Made by a program: the position numbers and the translations under genes. The notes below the pieces were generated by a model. The model saw nothing but the letters and a program-made list of their open reading frames with translations, did not search any database and had not been told where the DNA came from. A stretch of DNA of 62,994 nucleotides, the filler included, from Sphacelaria rigidula (Eukaryota), in NCBI GenBank assembly GCA_964200075.2. It is 4 parts of 4 records of this genome, joined end to end, with 100 filler letters (N's around TTAATTAATTAA, not from the genome) between each part and the next. Parts side by side here need not be neighbours in the genome. Positions count along the whole stretch, not along the records: positions 1 to 15,675 come from CAXNAA020001650.1; 3 more parts are not named here. One strand, written 5' to 3'. Below, piece after piece: positions 1 to 10,723 of this stretch. Each line of letters begins with the position of its first letter. The first letter of the stretch is position 1.

Positions 1-1190
1 GTGACATATCAGAGACTGATGCCACACATGTATGAAGAACCAGCGCAAGCAGGGACAAGGTAGGAACGGTCCGGATGGACCAGCTTACCGAGGACCCTGT
101 AATGCCAACGAAACTAGTCAACTCGGGGTGATGCCAGGAAAAGCCCAAGATTAGGACGGTCCAACATCCCCCGAGCAACTGGTCGCCCTTGGCGACCACT
201 TCTCGTCTGAACCCTTCTTGCCTACATATACAAGAGGAAATCATCGCCAGCCCCGGAGTTCCTTCGGCATCAGGATGGCAGTCTCCCCCGTAGGTCTCTG
301 ACCACTCTAGCGATACGCCTTCCTCACACACAGCATATTTTTGAAACTTTGGGGGGCTTTCCAAGGCGCAATTTCTCCCACGGCATTCGGCGTGTGATCC
401 GGTACCCTATAGATTCGGGAATGTCAGATACAGTTTGCTTCGCGGCAATCGTGAATCTCACGTATAATGAAGCTCTGGTCTCGCCCCCTCGTGTGCCGTG
501 AAACCCGTGTACCACCCCGTGCAAGTACCGTGAACCACTCGCACCTCACTGTGCACGTTCAATTGACGTTTGTCATATACCATAGAATATATCTCGTATG
601 ATCCGCTATTCTTTGTGACCGCCAGAAGAATTGATCATTTTTCACCGTATTGTAGTGCAGTGAACCGTTCTGCGTGGTTATTGACAAAACATGTCACGGA
701 AACGAAGCAGCAATGAGCACGTATGAACCCAAGTCATCGCGGTACCGTACCAGGGCGTCCAATTACTGGGGAATTTCCGGGTATCATGTTTCGGTTTTCG
801 CAGTCGTCCGGGCGCGAACGGTACCGTGCCGCACACGCCGGAAATGCACGTGATGATGCCGAGACAAAGTAGTTCCGCCCCGTATCGTACCGCAATTCTC
901 TGCTAAAGAATATTGCGCGCCTTCGTAGTTTCAAGAAAAATCAAGTATCGTACCGCGCTGGCGTGTTTAAAACACGCGTTACGGAGAGAACCCCCCGAAA
1001 ATACAGAGCGGTGCTACACAATAAAATATCCGAGTTGAGAAGCAACAGTCGATTTCTTCTCAGGAAACTAACTGTACCAGTGTTGTATAAACGTACAGCC
1101 GAGAACAGAGAGATCACGACGCATGTACGCCGAGAGAGCAAAAACGAATGCACATCGTAGAAGTGCATAAGCGAACGCCAACCGTCGTAC

Positions 1191-4100
1191 CTGCGGGACA
1201 CCCAGACGAGCAAAAGCGTCCGAACAGGCTTTCGGATCAGGCGCCTTTTCCTTCGGCACGAGAATCACTGCTCCCGACCGTCTCGGGATCACGCGACGTC
1301 GAGGAGCCGGCGGCGTAAATCCTGAGAGAACACGCTCTGGTTCATCGGGTGATCCAGGGACATTGCTCTCCGGAGACATCAGCCCCCGTCGGCCGAGGGA
1401 AGATTGCCGCACAGATGGCATCACCCCTCCCCCACCCGCCTTCCCCACTTCTCTCACGGTGGGGGTGCTTGTCTCTGGAGATCTTTTGACGGGGAGCGCG
1501 GGAGTCCGTTGTCCCAACGGAATCGCATCAGAGTGGTCGCTGTGGCCCGACAAAGGCAAAGCCGGAAAGCGGTTCCAATCGACGTCGCCGACGGGTGAAG
1601 ATGGGGTGGGCGTGGGCAGTGACGGCGAGGGAGAAGCCGCAGCTGAACCCGCAGTTGCAGGTGTTGTGGGAAGAAGGATTTTGTTTTGTGGCAATGTGAC
1701 GGCGATGTTGACGTCGCTTTTTTGCGACTCGTCACTTGCGACATCTTGTGAAAACTGTTGCTCTTGGTCATTGCCGGCGGGAGTCGTCGGTGAGGTTTTT
1801 GCCATCGCAACTCTCGCTCGAGGGTGAACATCAACTGCCGGTGGCGGCGCGTGGCCGTTTAGGGAGTCAGGACTGGAGCCCGACCGAACTCCCTTGTTTT
1901 CGACTTGGCTTACCGGTGTATTATGTTGTCGTACCGACGAGGAAGCAATTATTCGTGCGTCACTGGCCGGGGCGGTGGGCGAGTTGCGTACTCCGTCGCC
2001 ATGTACCGGCTTAACTTCTCCGCCGTTATGATGTTGCGCGCGCGGGCCAATTCTGTTTTTGTCGGGGACAGTCGGCGCGGTTGCAGCAACACCTCTGGTG
2101 GGCGTCGCCTTCACTGCCTCCGCGGTAGGAATCTTCGCTGTCGAGACCATTCGCATTCGGGGTGACATCCGAAGAGCCTTCTTCACCCTGGGCTCCTGCT
2201 GCTGCTTCTGCCGCTGCGAGCTGATGCCACTGTTTGTGGTTGGAGATGATGCCGGGGGGAAATTCTCGAAGATGGGAGGTGGTGTTGTCCCCGCCCCTAC
2301 CGGCGACACCGGTTGCTCTAACCTTGCAGGCGACGAGGTTGGCATGGTCATGTAGCAGGTCGTCTGCGCCGGTGCAATTTGGCTTCCCATTGAGATTGAA
2401 TCATTCTCGACCGTCTGCGGTCTTGTTGTCCTCGCTCCTTGAGGCTTCGCGTCGGCATCGCCTGCGTGTTCTGGTGACGTCGTGTAGGGTACGGACAACG
2501 GGTGGCGATGTCCAGCACTTGGGCTGCCGCTGACCATGTCTTTGGCGTGGGCAACAGGGGATGAGGGCAGAGTCGCGGAGTTTTTTCCCATGGTCATGAC
2601 GCTGCCGCTATTGCGACGCTTGCGCAACGAGGGGGATGGGGTCCCTCGCGCCTGCGCAAGACGCAACCGCGCGTCGGCGCCAGCCCAACGGTTCTGTACA
2701 TCCTTCACCTCATCACGCGCTTTACCTTTCTCGCGTGTTCTGGCTTCATTCCGACGTCGCTCCTCCTCGGTTGGCGGAATGTCTGAAAATCCTTCACCCC
2801 TTTCGCCATCAGCAGCATGAGCATCAGGATCTGTTTCAGCAGCGGCAACGGCGGTACTACCACCAGCACCACCGCCAACGCCATTACCACCGTCATCAGA
2901 GGTCCCGGACACCGAAGTCACCACGCGTCTGCTATCTTGCTGAGAGGCACCAAAGTCAAACCCGTAGTCCTCGTCGAAGGAAGGGGTGTCCGAGCGCGTC
3001 GACTTGGCTCTACTGCCCACATCACCCTGTGGCGCTTTCTTGGTTCTTGACCCCACTATCGTGCCGCCATGCTGATCCTCAAGAATGCTTGCGCTGTCGG
3101 GCCTAGGAGTCTCTACGCTGCTCGAGCTAGAGCTCCGCCCCTCTTCTCCCAGCACCTTCTGCCTCTTGGTACTCCTCGCAGGTACATTTCGCGATTCACT
3201 GTTGTCCGCAACCGTATTCCCGGTCCGTCCGCGGACGAGGCTTGAAGGACGAAGCTGACTCGTGGAAACAAAGCTGAGCTGACCCTCGGAGTACTCCACC
3301 GGGTGGTGCCCCTGCGATCCCCAGCCAGGAACGACTACCTGTGAACGCTCTTCTCTGTCAGAACTCTCCTCCATGTCGGAGTCTTCCTTCCCCGTTTGAG
3401 CCACTCCTGAAGCCTCTGACACGCACGTTTTTTGCGGTCCACTGTTCGGCGATGGAGGTTGTTGCGGGTTGTCGCAGCCAGGAACATCCATGACACGTCG
3501 CTCAGACTCATCAATAATAGCCCCACTTATTTGTTTGGATGTACCAGCGGGTCTGGGAGGCTTGAACTTCCCGCCAGTTATGGACGTCGACCGTCGGAGA
3601 CCGCCGGGTGCCCCCAGCAACGGCGCTTGTCTCTTCGGAACTGGCGCACCGGGCTTGAGCGCTGCTCCCGTGTGCGACGGGGGAGGCGGCGGCGCCCGTT
3701 TGTTCGAACTTTTCGCTGGCGCCATGTCACCGCTACTTTCTTGATCGTTGGTGCCACCTGCAGGAGGTACGGACGCGGTGACTTGTGGTTCTGACACTGC
3801 AGCTTGCGGCGCGTTTTGAGCTGATTTGGTAGATCGGGAACGCGGAATGCTCACGCCGCCGCGTAATCGCAGTGGACTCTTGTCGACGTCAGATGTCTCA
3901 CTAGCATCGTCATCGCTTTTTCCGCGTTCATCATCTGCGGCCGCCGCCGTCCCAGCCACGACATTTTGGCCCGCAGAAGAGTTCTCATGATCAATATTAT
4001 CGTCGTATTGAAGGTGGACGGGGCCCCGAGTCCATTCGAAATCGCTAGTCGCGCCCCCACCCTCTTCCTCATGCTCTTCCGCTATCGCTCCCATTGCATT

Positions 4101-4191
4101 GACTCTTCCGTTATCATCGTTGTCACCGAGGGTCTGGAGCTTCTCTGATCGCTCCAACTCCACTTGTGAAGCAATGATGCCTACTAGTTCG
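1191..4191 (-). CDS. REV3: REV3 ~3-kb exon encoding a low-complexity S/P/T-rich linker
   Basis: Lies within the 1087-aa ORF 1068..4331; ends ...VILVPKEKAPDP...FARLGVPQ at a CAG|GTACG donor; same strand as, and phase-compatible with, the upstream REV3 exons. Confidence 0.8.
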
Positions 4192-7100
4192 CTTTTGGGA
4201 TTTGGTACGATAAGGGTTGCGTGGGGACGCAGAGTGGAGGAGCTTAATAATATCTCAGTAACAATGAGAAGCACGCGAAACGTGAACGCTTGCAGGGAAG
4301 CACGACTGGCGATCAGCATAAGCGCACGCACGCAGTGCCGTTCAAGCTAAGAGTCATCGTGATGACGTAACTTTCTTGATTCGTCTCTAAAAAAATTCAG
4401 CGCTTTAAACACCCTGAAATCCAGACCGGAACCAAAGCTCAGCAGGTATGCCTCCAGGTCCTCTGAACACCTGAAGACTCTGCACTCTTTGGAACTTTTT
4501 TATGCAGTATATAGATATCGATAAATCACAGCTTCTTATGCTGTCTCTAGCAAAGTCAAGGACGAGTCCTGGATGGGAAGCGGCACCGTAGCTCCACTAC
4601 TCCGAAATAAATCCGCGTAAGGATGGCAACAACCCTTTAGTGACTGCTCATGATCAACAGTTACCGCGTATTGCAGTTGCTGGTGTACGGTGGACATTTT
4701 CGTGCAGGCGAAAATACTGAATAACATGAACACCTCTTGAGTGTTTCTCCAGAGACAACAGACATGAGAAACAACCCTGCGTTTTCCTACTACGAAAGAC
4801 AGGCCACGGGATGTTCGTATCTACCTGGAATCCAGCCCAGGAGGCTGCGCGCCAAACAAGTCCTGGGAGCTATCTTCCCCCTGGTTGGTCGTCGTGCTTC
4901 CTTCGCGTTTCAAGCTTGCCCGCACACTGTCTTCGAGAGCATTCAAACTCCTGCGCGAACCGACACCGCGCCAAAGCAATGATGTGTTCAGCGCAAAGTC
5001 AGTGTTAAGCGCGGGGCAGCCGTGATCGAGAGGCACATGGGTCTGCTGAAGGACTTCGATCCGCCTCTGCATTCCTTACAAATGATAAAGTGTTCCCAGC
5101 ACACGTCAGCCGCATGCGTACCGCAATAACGTTTGCCGAGCGAGAAGCAACACTATAAAGCTATGAAGCTTAGTGTTAGCATGCACGGGGAAAACTCGGC
5201 GCAATCGACCTCGCACGTAGCGTGCGAATGATACTGTAACGACATCATGCTAACGGTATTGCGAGCACTCACCTAGCCGAAAGCTGTGATAAAAACTCTC
5301 CATCCTCATCCCCATCCCCACCATTATCCCCCTCCTCCTCTTCTTCTTCTTCCACCCCTTCCTCTTTCCCATAGTGATGCGTACCATCGTCCTCAGCGTC
5401 CACAACCATCATGTCGGCGAGGAACAACGGGCTCCCAGTCACCAGCTTACCACCACTACCACCTTGTTGCACCCGCTGGGATGACGGTGGAAAGGTCTCT
5501 GCAGACCGTAATCTTGACGCTGATTTACTGCGCTGCGACCAAGGTGGGTAGCTGGCGGCGCGCTGGGACCACGGAGGCAACGGGTCAGTCCTGAGCGTCC
5601 GGTCGGCGGCCGTAGCGAGAGGGGTGGAGACAGCGACGTGTGGGTCAGTACCGGCGATGGACCGTTCGACGGCAGCTTTACCGACGCTACTGGGGGGTAG
5701 TTGCGTCGCTTGGTAGTCATCTGAACCGTCCGAGTCATAGTGCCTTTCTGAGTCCGCGGCGAGGGCCATCTGGAAGCCTAGCTCTTCTTCCTCTCGCTCC
5801 TGCTTTTCCTGAATTCGGGGAATGTGTGTAGAATGCACCAGGCAGTAGCGGAAGTGGAGGTGAGGGTTGGTTGTTGCATGGTTCACCACCCAGCAGCAGG
5901 GGGAGATGAGGGGATTCCTGTCATACTTGTCAACGAACGTGCGCGAGCTCCTGACCCTTGCTGGGGATGCCGCGCATAAATTTGGGATTCGCCATAACTA
6001 ACAAAAATGATCACCAGCGTTTGACTTTCAACTGAGCCTTGTTTCTGGCATTCGTGCAATTTCACCTGTGTGGCGGTGATCGCCTCCGCATGACCTTCAA
6101 AAGAGACAGGGTTGGGATCTTGCGAGGCCTGTTCATGCAATAATTGAGTGCCGTGCCTCGTCATCGTTGGTGAACACCGCGACGAAACCCCCCCCGGGCT
6201 CCTCTGGCTCTGACCCTGTGATCCTCGCAAGGCCGCGAGCATATCTAGCAACCCCTCGTGGGTATCGGTGTCATCATCCAGATCCTGCGCATCCGGTGCA
6301 ATCAGATAGTTAGCAGGAGAAGCAGATACGGTTGCTACGCTGCCTATCGACGCCTGGGAGAGCGGCCCATCCCGCGACGGTGTTAGCTCTACGTGAGATG
6401 ATCCCGACACCTCCTGCCGGCTCCCTCGCTGCTCACTGGTCCGGGCCTGCGAAGAGCAGATGTGCGACATGGACTGCCACGGGGATGCCGCTGAAACAGC
6501 CGACGGGTTCTTTTCAACAACACTGCGAGCGAGGTCGTTCACAGCTCCTCTCATGTCTTGGGTCAGCAAACCCTCCGGAGGCTCCCACGCGTCCTGGCTG
6601 TCAGCAAGCTCAAGGCCCGGAGGCGCCGACAGCTGCGACCCGCCGCCCGCCGCGCGAGACCGCGCTCGTTCCTCGTCCCACAGCTCGCGGAGACTCGCTA
6701 CTGCCACCGCTTTTTCGCCGACCTCCGCTTTCCCGGCCGCAAGAAGACTGGGATTGATCACATCATTGACGGTACCCGTGATCTCAATCTCGGTGGTGGT
6801 TTGCCGCTCCCACCATTTTTTTGGTGTTTTTTTCCCCATGGCCGACGTTTCTGGTGCAGCAGGCCTAGCCGGGGAGGGGAACTTATGTGGAGAAGGCTGG
6901 GCATATTCGCGATAACGCGAGGTTTGTGCTGGGGATGATGGCTGTGAGAACAGCTGTGACATGCTGATACCAGCCAGAAGATCTTGAGCTGCCTGGCGTA
7001 TGTTGTTTCGGATGAGAAAGGTGATGGCAATAGCCGACGTCATCAGACGATGAATGTGGGCAGAAGTGAGGGGGGCAGTGTGAGGTGACGAATTTACAGT

Positions 7101-10100
7101 GCACAGTTGATGTAATGACAGGGTAGACTGCTGATGCTCTATTTCAATTTCCACACGAGTAGACACGCACATACACCTCGTCGGCGTGTCTCGTAGCAGC
7201 CTGCTGCCCGGATCCAGAAGTTTGAGCCGCTTTTTCCCCCCCATCGGCTGTGCTGTAAGCATCAGGCACGGTGACTCGTCGCTCGCCTAACGGATAAGCT
7301 ATCAGGCTATCCGGCACGGTCGATGCCACAAAGACGCCGGGATGGGCTTCAGTTGTGCCACTCCCGGGGCCGCTATTCATATCGGGGAGCTGCGAAGCAG
7401 GAATACTGGAGAGCTCAGGCAGGGGAAGGAGAAACAACGCGTTCCTAAGGTGCACGTAGCTCATGCCCGAGATGTTATAGTCGATGAAAACCTGTCGGTA
7501 GGTGGGAGAAGAGAAAGCAGTGCAAAGGCCGCCTCTCACATACATACACTGCGTTCACTCTGACCCGCTATTCGTAGAAGTGGCGGCAAAACATTTTCAA
7601 AATCATGGTGGAGGCTCATAGCTTCCGTCGACTGAATGCAAGCACGAAAAAATTAATGAGGGAACCCATTGCATCGGTACGTAGTACATACCTGAAGCAG
7701 AAAGGGCACATGGGACTCGTAAGGTTGGAAGCGCGTAGACATCACGTGCCCCGCCTGCAGCACAGAGGCCACCTTGCCCGTGAGGGATGGGTTGTTGACG
7801 TAGACCTAGGAGAGCCAAATGGTACATTAATACATTCCAAGGGATGATATTAGGCCATGCTTGCATATATTAAAAAATTGTACAGAAGCAGTAGACACCG
7901 CAGTCGCAACAAAAGCAGCAGCAGCAGCAAGGAGAAGGGCAACAAGAAATCGAGGGGAGTAATTACGGACCGGTCGCACTCCAAACTGCGACCGACCAAC
8001 GAGGAGTCGGAACGCGAAACGTTTCGCAGCATGTCTTCGCAGTCGTGATGATGGCGTGCCAGCTAAAATGGCATACCTGTGGAAGTGCTTTTTGATGGCC
8101 TTGATGATGATCGGTCTGTGATACGAACGTCGAATCGTCTTCTGGGTCGGCGTGCCGTGCTTGCTCTGTACTCCTCCCCCACCGGCGAACTGGGGGTTCA
8201 CTAACCAGCATTCGGATAACAGAGTTCACTAACGAGTACGACCAACTACCGAACAAGTACCACCTACTATTATGACCATGTCCCTCCTTTTACGAAAAAC
8301 TAAAGGTTTGTTGTTCCCCTTCCCCATCACACCTTAATGAACAAGGTCTCCTCGCCGTGGTAACCGTAGAACGGTACTCCCCGCACCACCTCCAACTTCG
8401 TCAACACCCGTTGCTGCTGACGAATCCATGGGCGCGATGCAGATGCTGTCGACGTCTTTTCTCCTTCGCCATGCGGCGAGGCCGATGGTGGTGCGCCACC
8501 GGGCCTCCCTGCCGAGACAGCCATGGCTGATTCTATAGCACACTCGAGCTCCGGCACAAGCGCAGCCAAACTATCAGGGTCTTGAAACTGGGCAGTCACG
8601 CCAGGGTTGTCATCTTCCATAGGTCGAACCATGAAGTACGGTAGAGCCTGCGATGCAGAGGAAGCACGTCTCATGCTATGAAAGTGTGCAGCATGTACCA
8701 CGCGCAGTTGATCGTTGCGACATCAGTTCGATGGATGCACGCCCTACTGTACGGCAAACCCGGTTGGCGCGGTGGGGATTGTAAAATACAAGACAGTACG
8801 AGCTGGTTCACGCTCATCACCAAAAATTTACGCATCCGCAAATCTTCACGCCGATTCTCGGAGTTAGACTCTGAAACTTTGCACATATGTACTATGGGAC
8901 ATCACGAAACTCTAACGGGTGGGGTCTTCCAAACAAAAAAAAAATGCCAGTTGTCGGAGGTTCCAGGGTTTTAGGGGGATTTCGGGGGACCACATGCCCT
9001 TGCAGGACTCCCGATAACTGGCAGAAAACGCAAAATCGAGATCCCCCATTCAAGATTCGCAATGTTCCACAGCTTGCAACATGTGTGCAAAGTTTCAGAG
9101 TCTAACTTCAAGAATCAGCGTGAAAATATGCGCTTTTGTGCGATGGAGTGGGCTTAAAAGGCACAAACTCCTGACTACTTGATTTCACTTTGGAGACGTA
9201 AAAACGAGGAAAACTACTAGGTTCTCGAGGTACTCGAGGTACGTGATGGAATATTTCATAAGCGTTCCTTGAACAAACCCGGGGTGCGTGATTTTTTTCA
9301 TGTTTGCTTTGAGCCATTCTTCACCGGCTTCTGGACGTCTAGGCGTCAAGACTCCCGGAAACCGGTGCAGAGAGTAAACAATATTTTTCAATGCGTTTTT
9401 CTAGTCGGGGCACAAACATCTACCAAACTGCCGAGTTTCAGGGTGACTTGAGCTTTTCTACGACAGATGTAAGGGATGCCGGCAGGAGGCTTCATGGGTC
9501 TTTGAGCCACACCATCCGTGGAAATCCGACGGCGCCGAAAACCCACATCACCGAAATACAACGGTTTGGGCAAGGTTTGGGATATAATTCGATCCCACTG
9601 TGACGGTTTTCAAATCTGTTTTTCCAGTTCAATTCCCGAGCTGATGGCGGTTGCTGCGATGTGAAGCATGTGGAAATTGGGTAGAAATTGGGTTGGGAAT
9701 TCGTTTTATAATTTCAGAACGTTTTGAAGGCCGCTGATTGGTCGAGGTACATTTTCACTCTTAGCGCCACCCCTGTGCCTTACACCGAAAATCCGGATAT
9801 GTCACCCTCTTCACTTGTCCATGGCGGTCAGTATGACTACATGTGCTGGTGACACAATTTTGAAAGATAAGCGTGGACCAGCTCGTACAGTATTCAGGCG
9901 GTGGCAACCGTTTCACCAGCTTTGCGGATGCATGCGTACGAACCAGAACAGCACACAACATAATAACTGGGTAATCTCAACTCACCCCATGCAAATGCAG
10001 GCACGCCCTTTGGCCAGCAGGCGTGGATCCGAAAATGCGTACCACGGGGAGCTTGCTTTCATCTGAGAGATACCAGTCCACGTTCACAACACGGACCGAG

Positions 10101-10123
10101 ATCAACGGCGAATCCACAGCCAT
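1191..10123 (-). CDS. REV3: DNA polymerase zeta catalytic subunit, 5' part (exons 10123-9986, 8647-8333, 7805-7692, 7491-7177, 6992-6066, 5808-5273, 4950-4825, ~4191-1191; ~1824 codons; polymerase domain not found in this contig)
   Basis: Spliced translation gives REV3 N-terminal motifs: MAVDSPLISVRVVNVDWY...LPVVRIFGSTPAGQRACLHLHG|ALPYF...VVRGVPFYGYHGEETLFIK|VY...FQPYESHVPFLLQ|VFIDYNISGMSYVHL...RQTTTEIE...SLRELWDEERAR. GT-AG boundaries are phase-compatible. The last acceptor (4191, AAG) and the 4950-4825 exon are less certain. Confidence 0.93.
7692..7805 (-). CDS. REV3: REV3 exon 3 (38 codons)
   Basis: CCTAG|VYVNNPSLTGKVASVLQAGHVMSTRFQPYESHVPFLLQ|GTATG; the QPYESHxPFLLQ motif is characteristic of REV3. 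Confidence 0.92.
8799..9885. mobile_element. Non-autonomous TA-flanked DNA transposon (Tc1/mariner-type MITE, family A1) in REV3 intron 1
   Basis: TA|CGAGCTGGTTCACGCT ... AGCGTGGACCAGCTCG|TA; internal ~45-bp inverted repeat (~8846-8890 / ~9080-9125); similar along its length to 19480-20577. Confidence 0.8.
9986..10123 (-). CDS. REV3: REV3 exon 1 (46 codons, missed by the ORF track)
   Basis: ATG at 10123, translation ends ...RIFGSTPAGQRACLHLHG, followed by a GTGAG donor. Confidence 0.92.
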
Positions 10124-10723
10124 CTTTGAACGCTGCGGTGTAACCGTTTCGTACTATGGTAACGAAGAGCACTCCACAGCAGCTGTACAGTTCAGTTTTC
10201 ATTTAATAGTATTGTCTCATGCTTCTGACCATCTGTACAGGCCATCAGGATCATGTAGAAGTTCTCATCGGTGGATAAGCAGGTCAGCACATTAGGATGT
10301 CCAGAAAGGGCCGTCTGCAGCAGCGAATTCGCGCTAATTGCGCAAAACACACAAAACTGCGGAGCATTTTGGAGGAGTGGAACATGACAATACAAAATAT
10401 ACAGTGTGCTTGGTGTATGCAAGGAAATAACTATCGGCACGCATCATACTGTGGCCATTCTAGTACGATATGGCGTATTCAAATTAGCGCTGAATCCATA
10501 GCTTGATCCTTCCGATGATTTGATGCTCTCTATGAAGATGATCAATCAATCAATCAATCAATCAATCAAAGATTTCAATGATATGGATAATTGACCGACG
10601 GGACTGATACGAAATCTGACCTAGTATACGAATCAATCAGCACTAGATTTTCTTAACCGCACAGCAGCTTCCCTTGGAGGCCCTCCGTCATCTTGATTGA
10701 CAGATACCGCCAAAAAGGGCAGC
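10124..10723. promoter_or_regulatory. Short divergent intergenic region (candidate bidirectional promoter and 5' UTRs) between REV3 and NOC3
   Basis: ATGs at 10123 (-) and 10724 (+) are 600 bp apart; contains (ATCA)n at ~10541-10569. Confidence 0.5.

Noticed and set aside
89..221. Possible further REV3 exon (AG...GTAAG bounded)
   Set aside because: The open frame shows no REV3 motif I recognise and its phase does not match the preceding donor.
1068..4331. Standalone 1087-aa gene
   Set aside because: Both ORF ends run into intron-like sequence; splice sites and the REV7-binding-like motif fit an internal REV3 exon.
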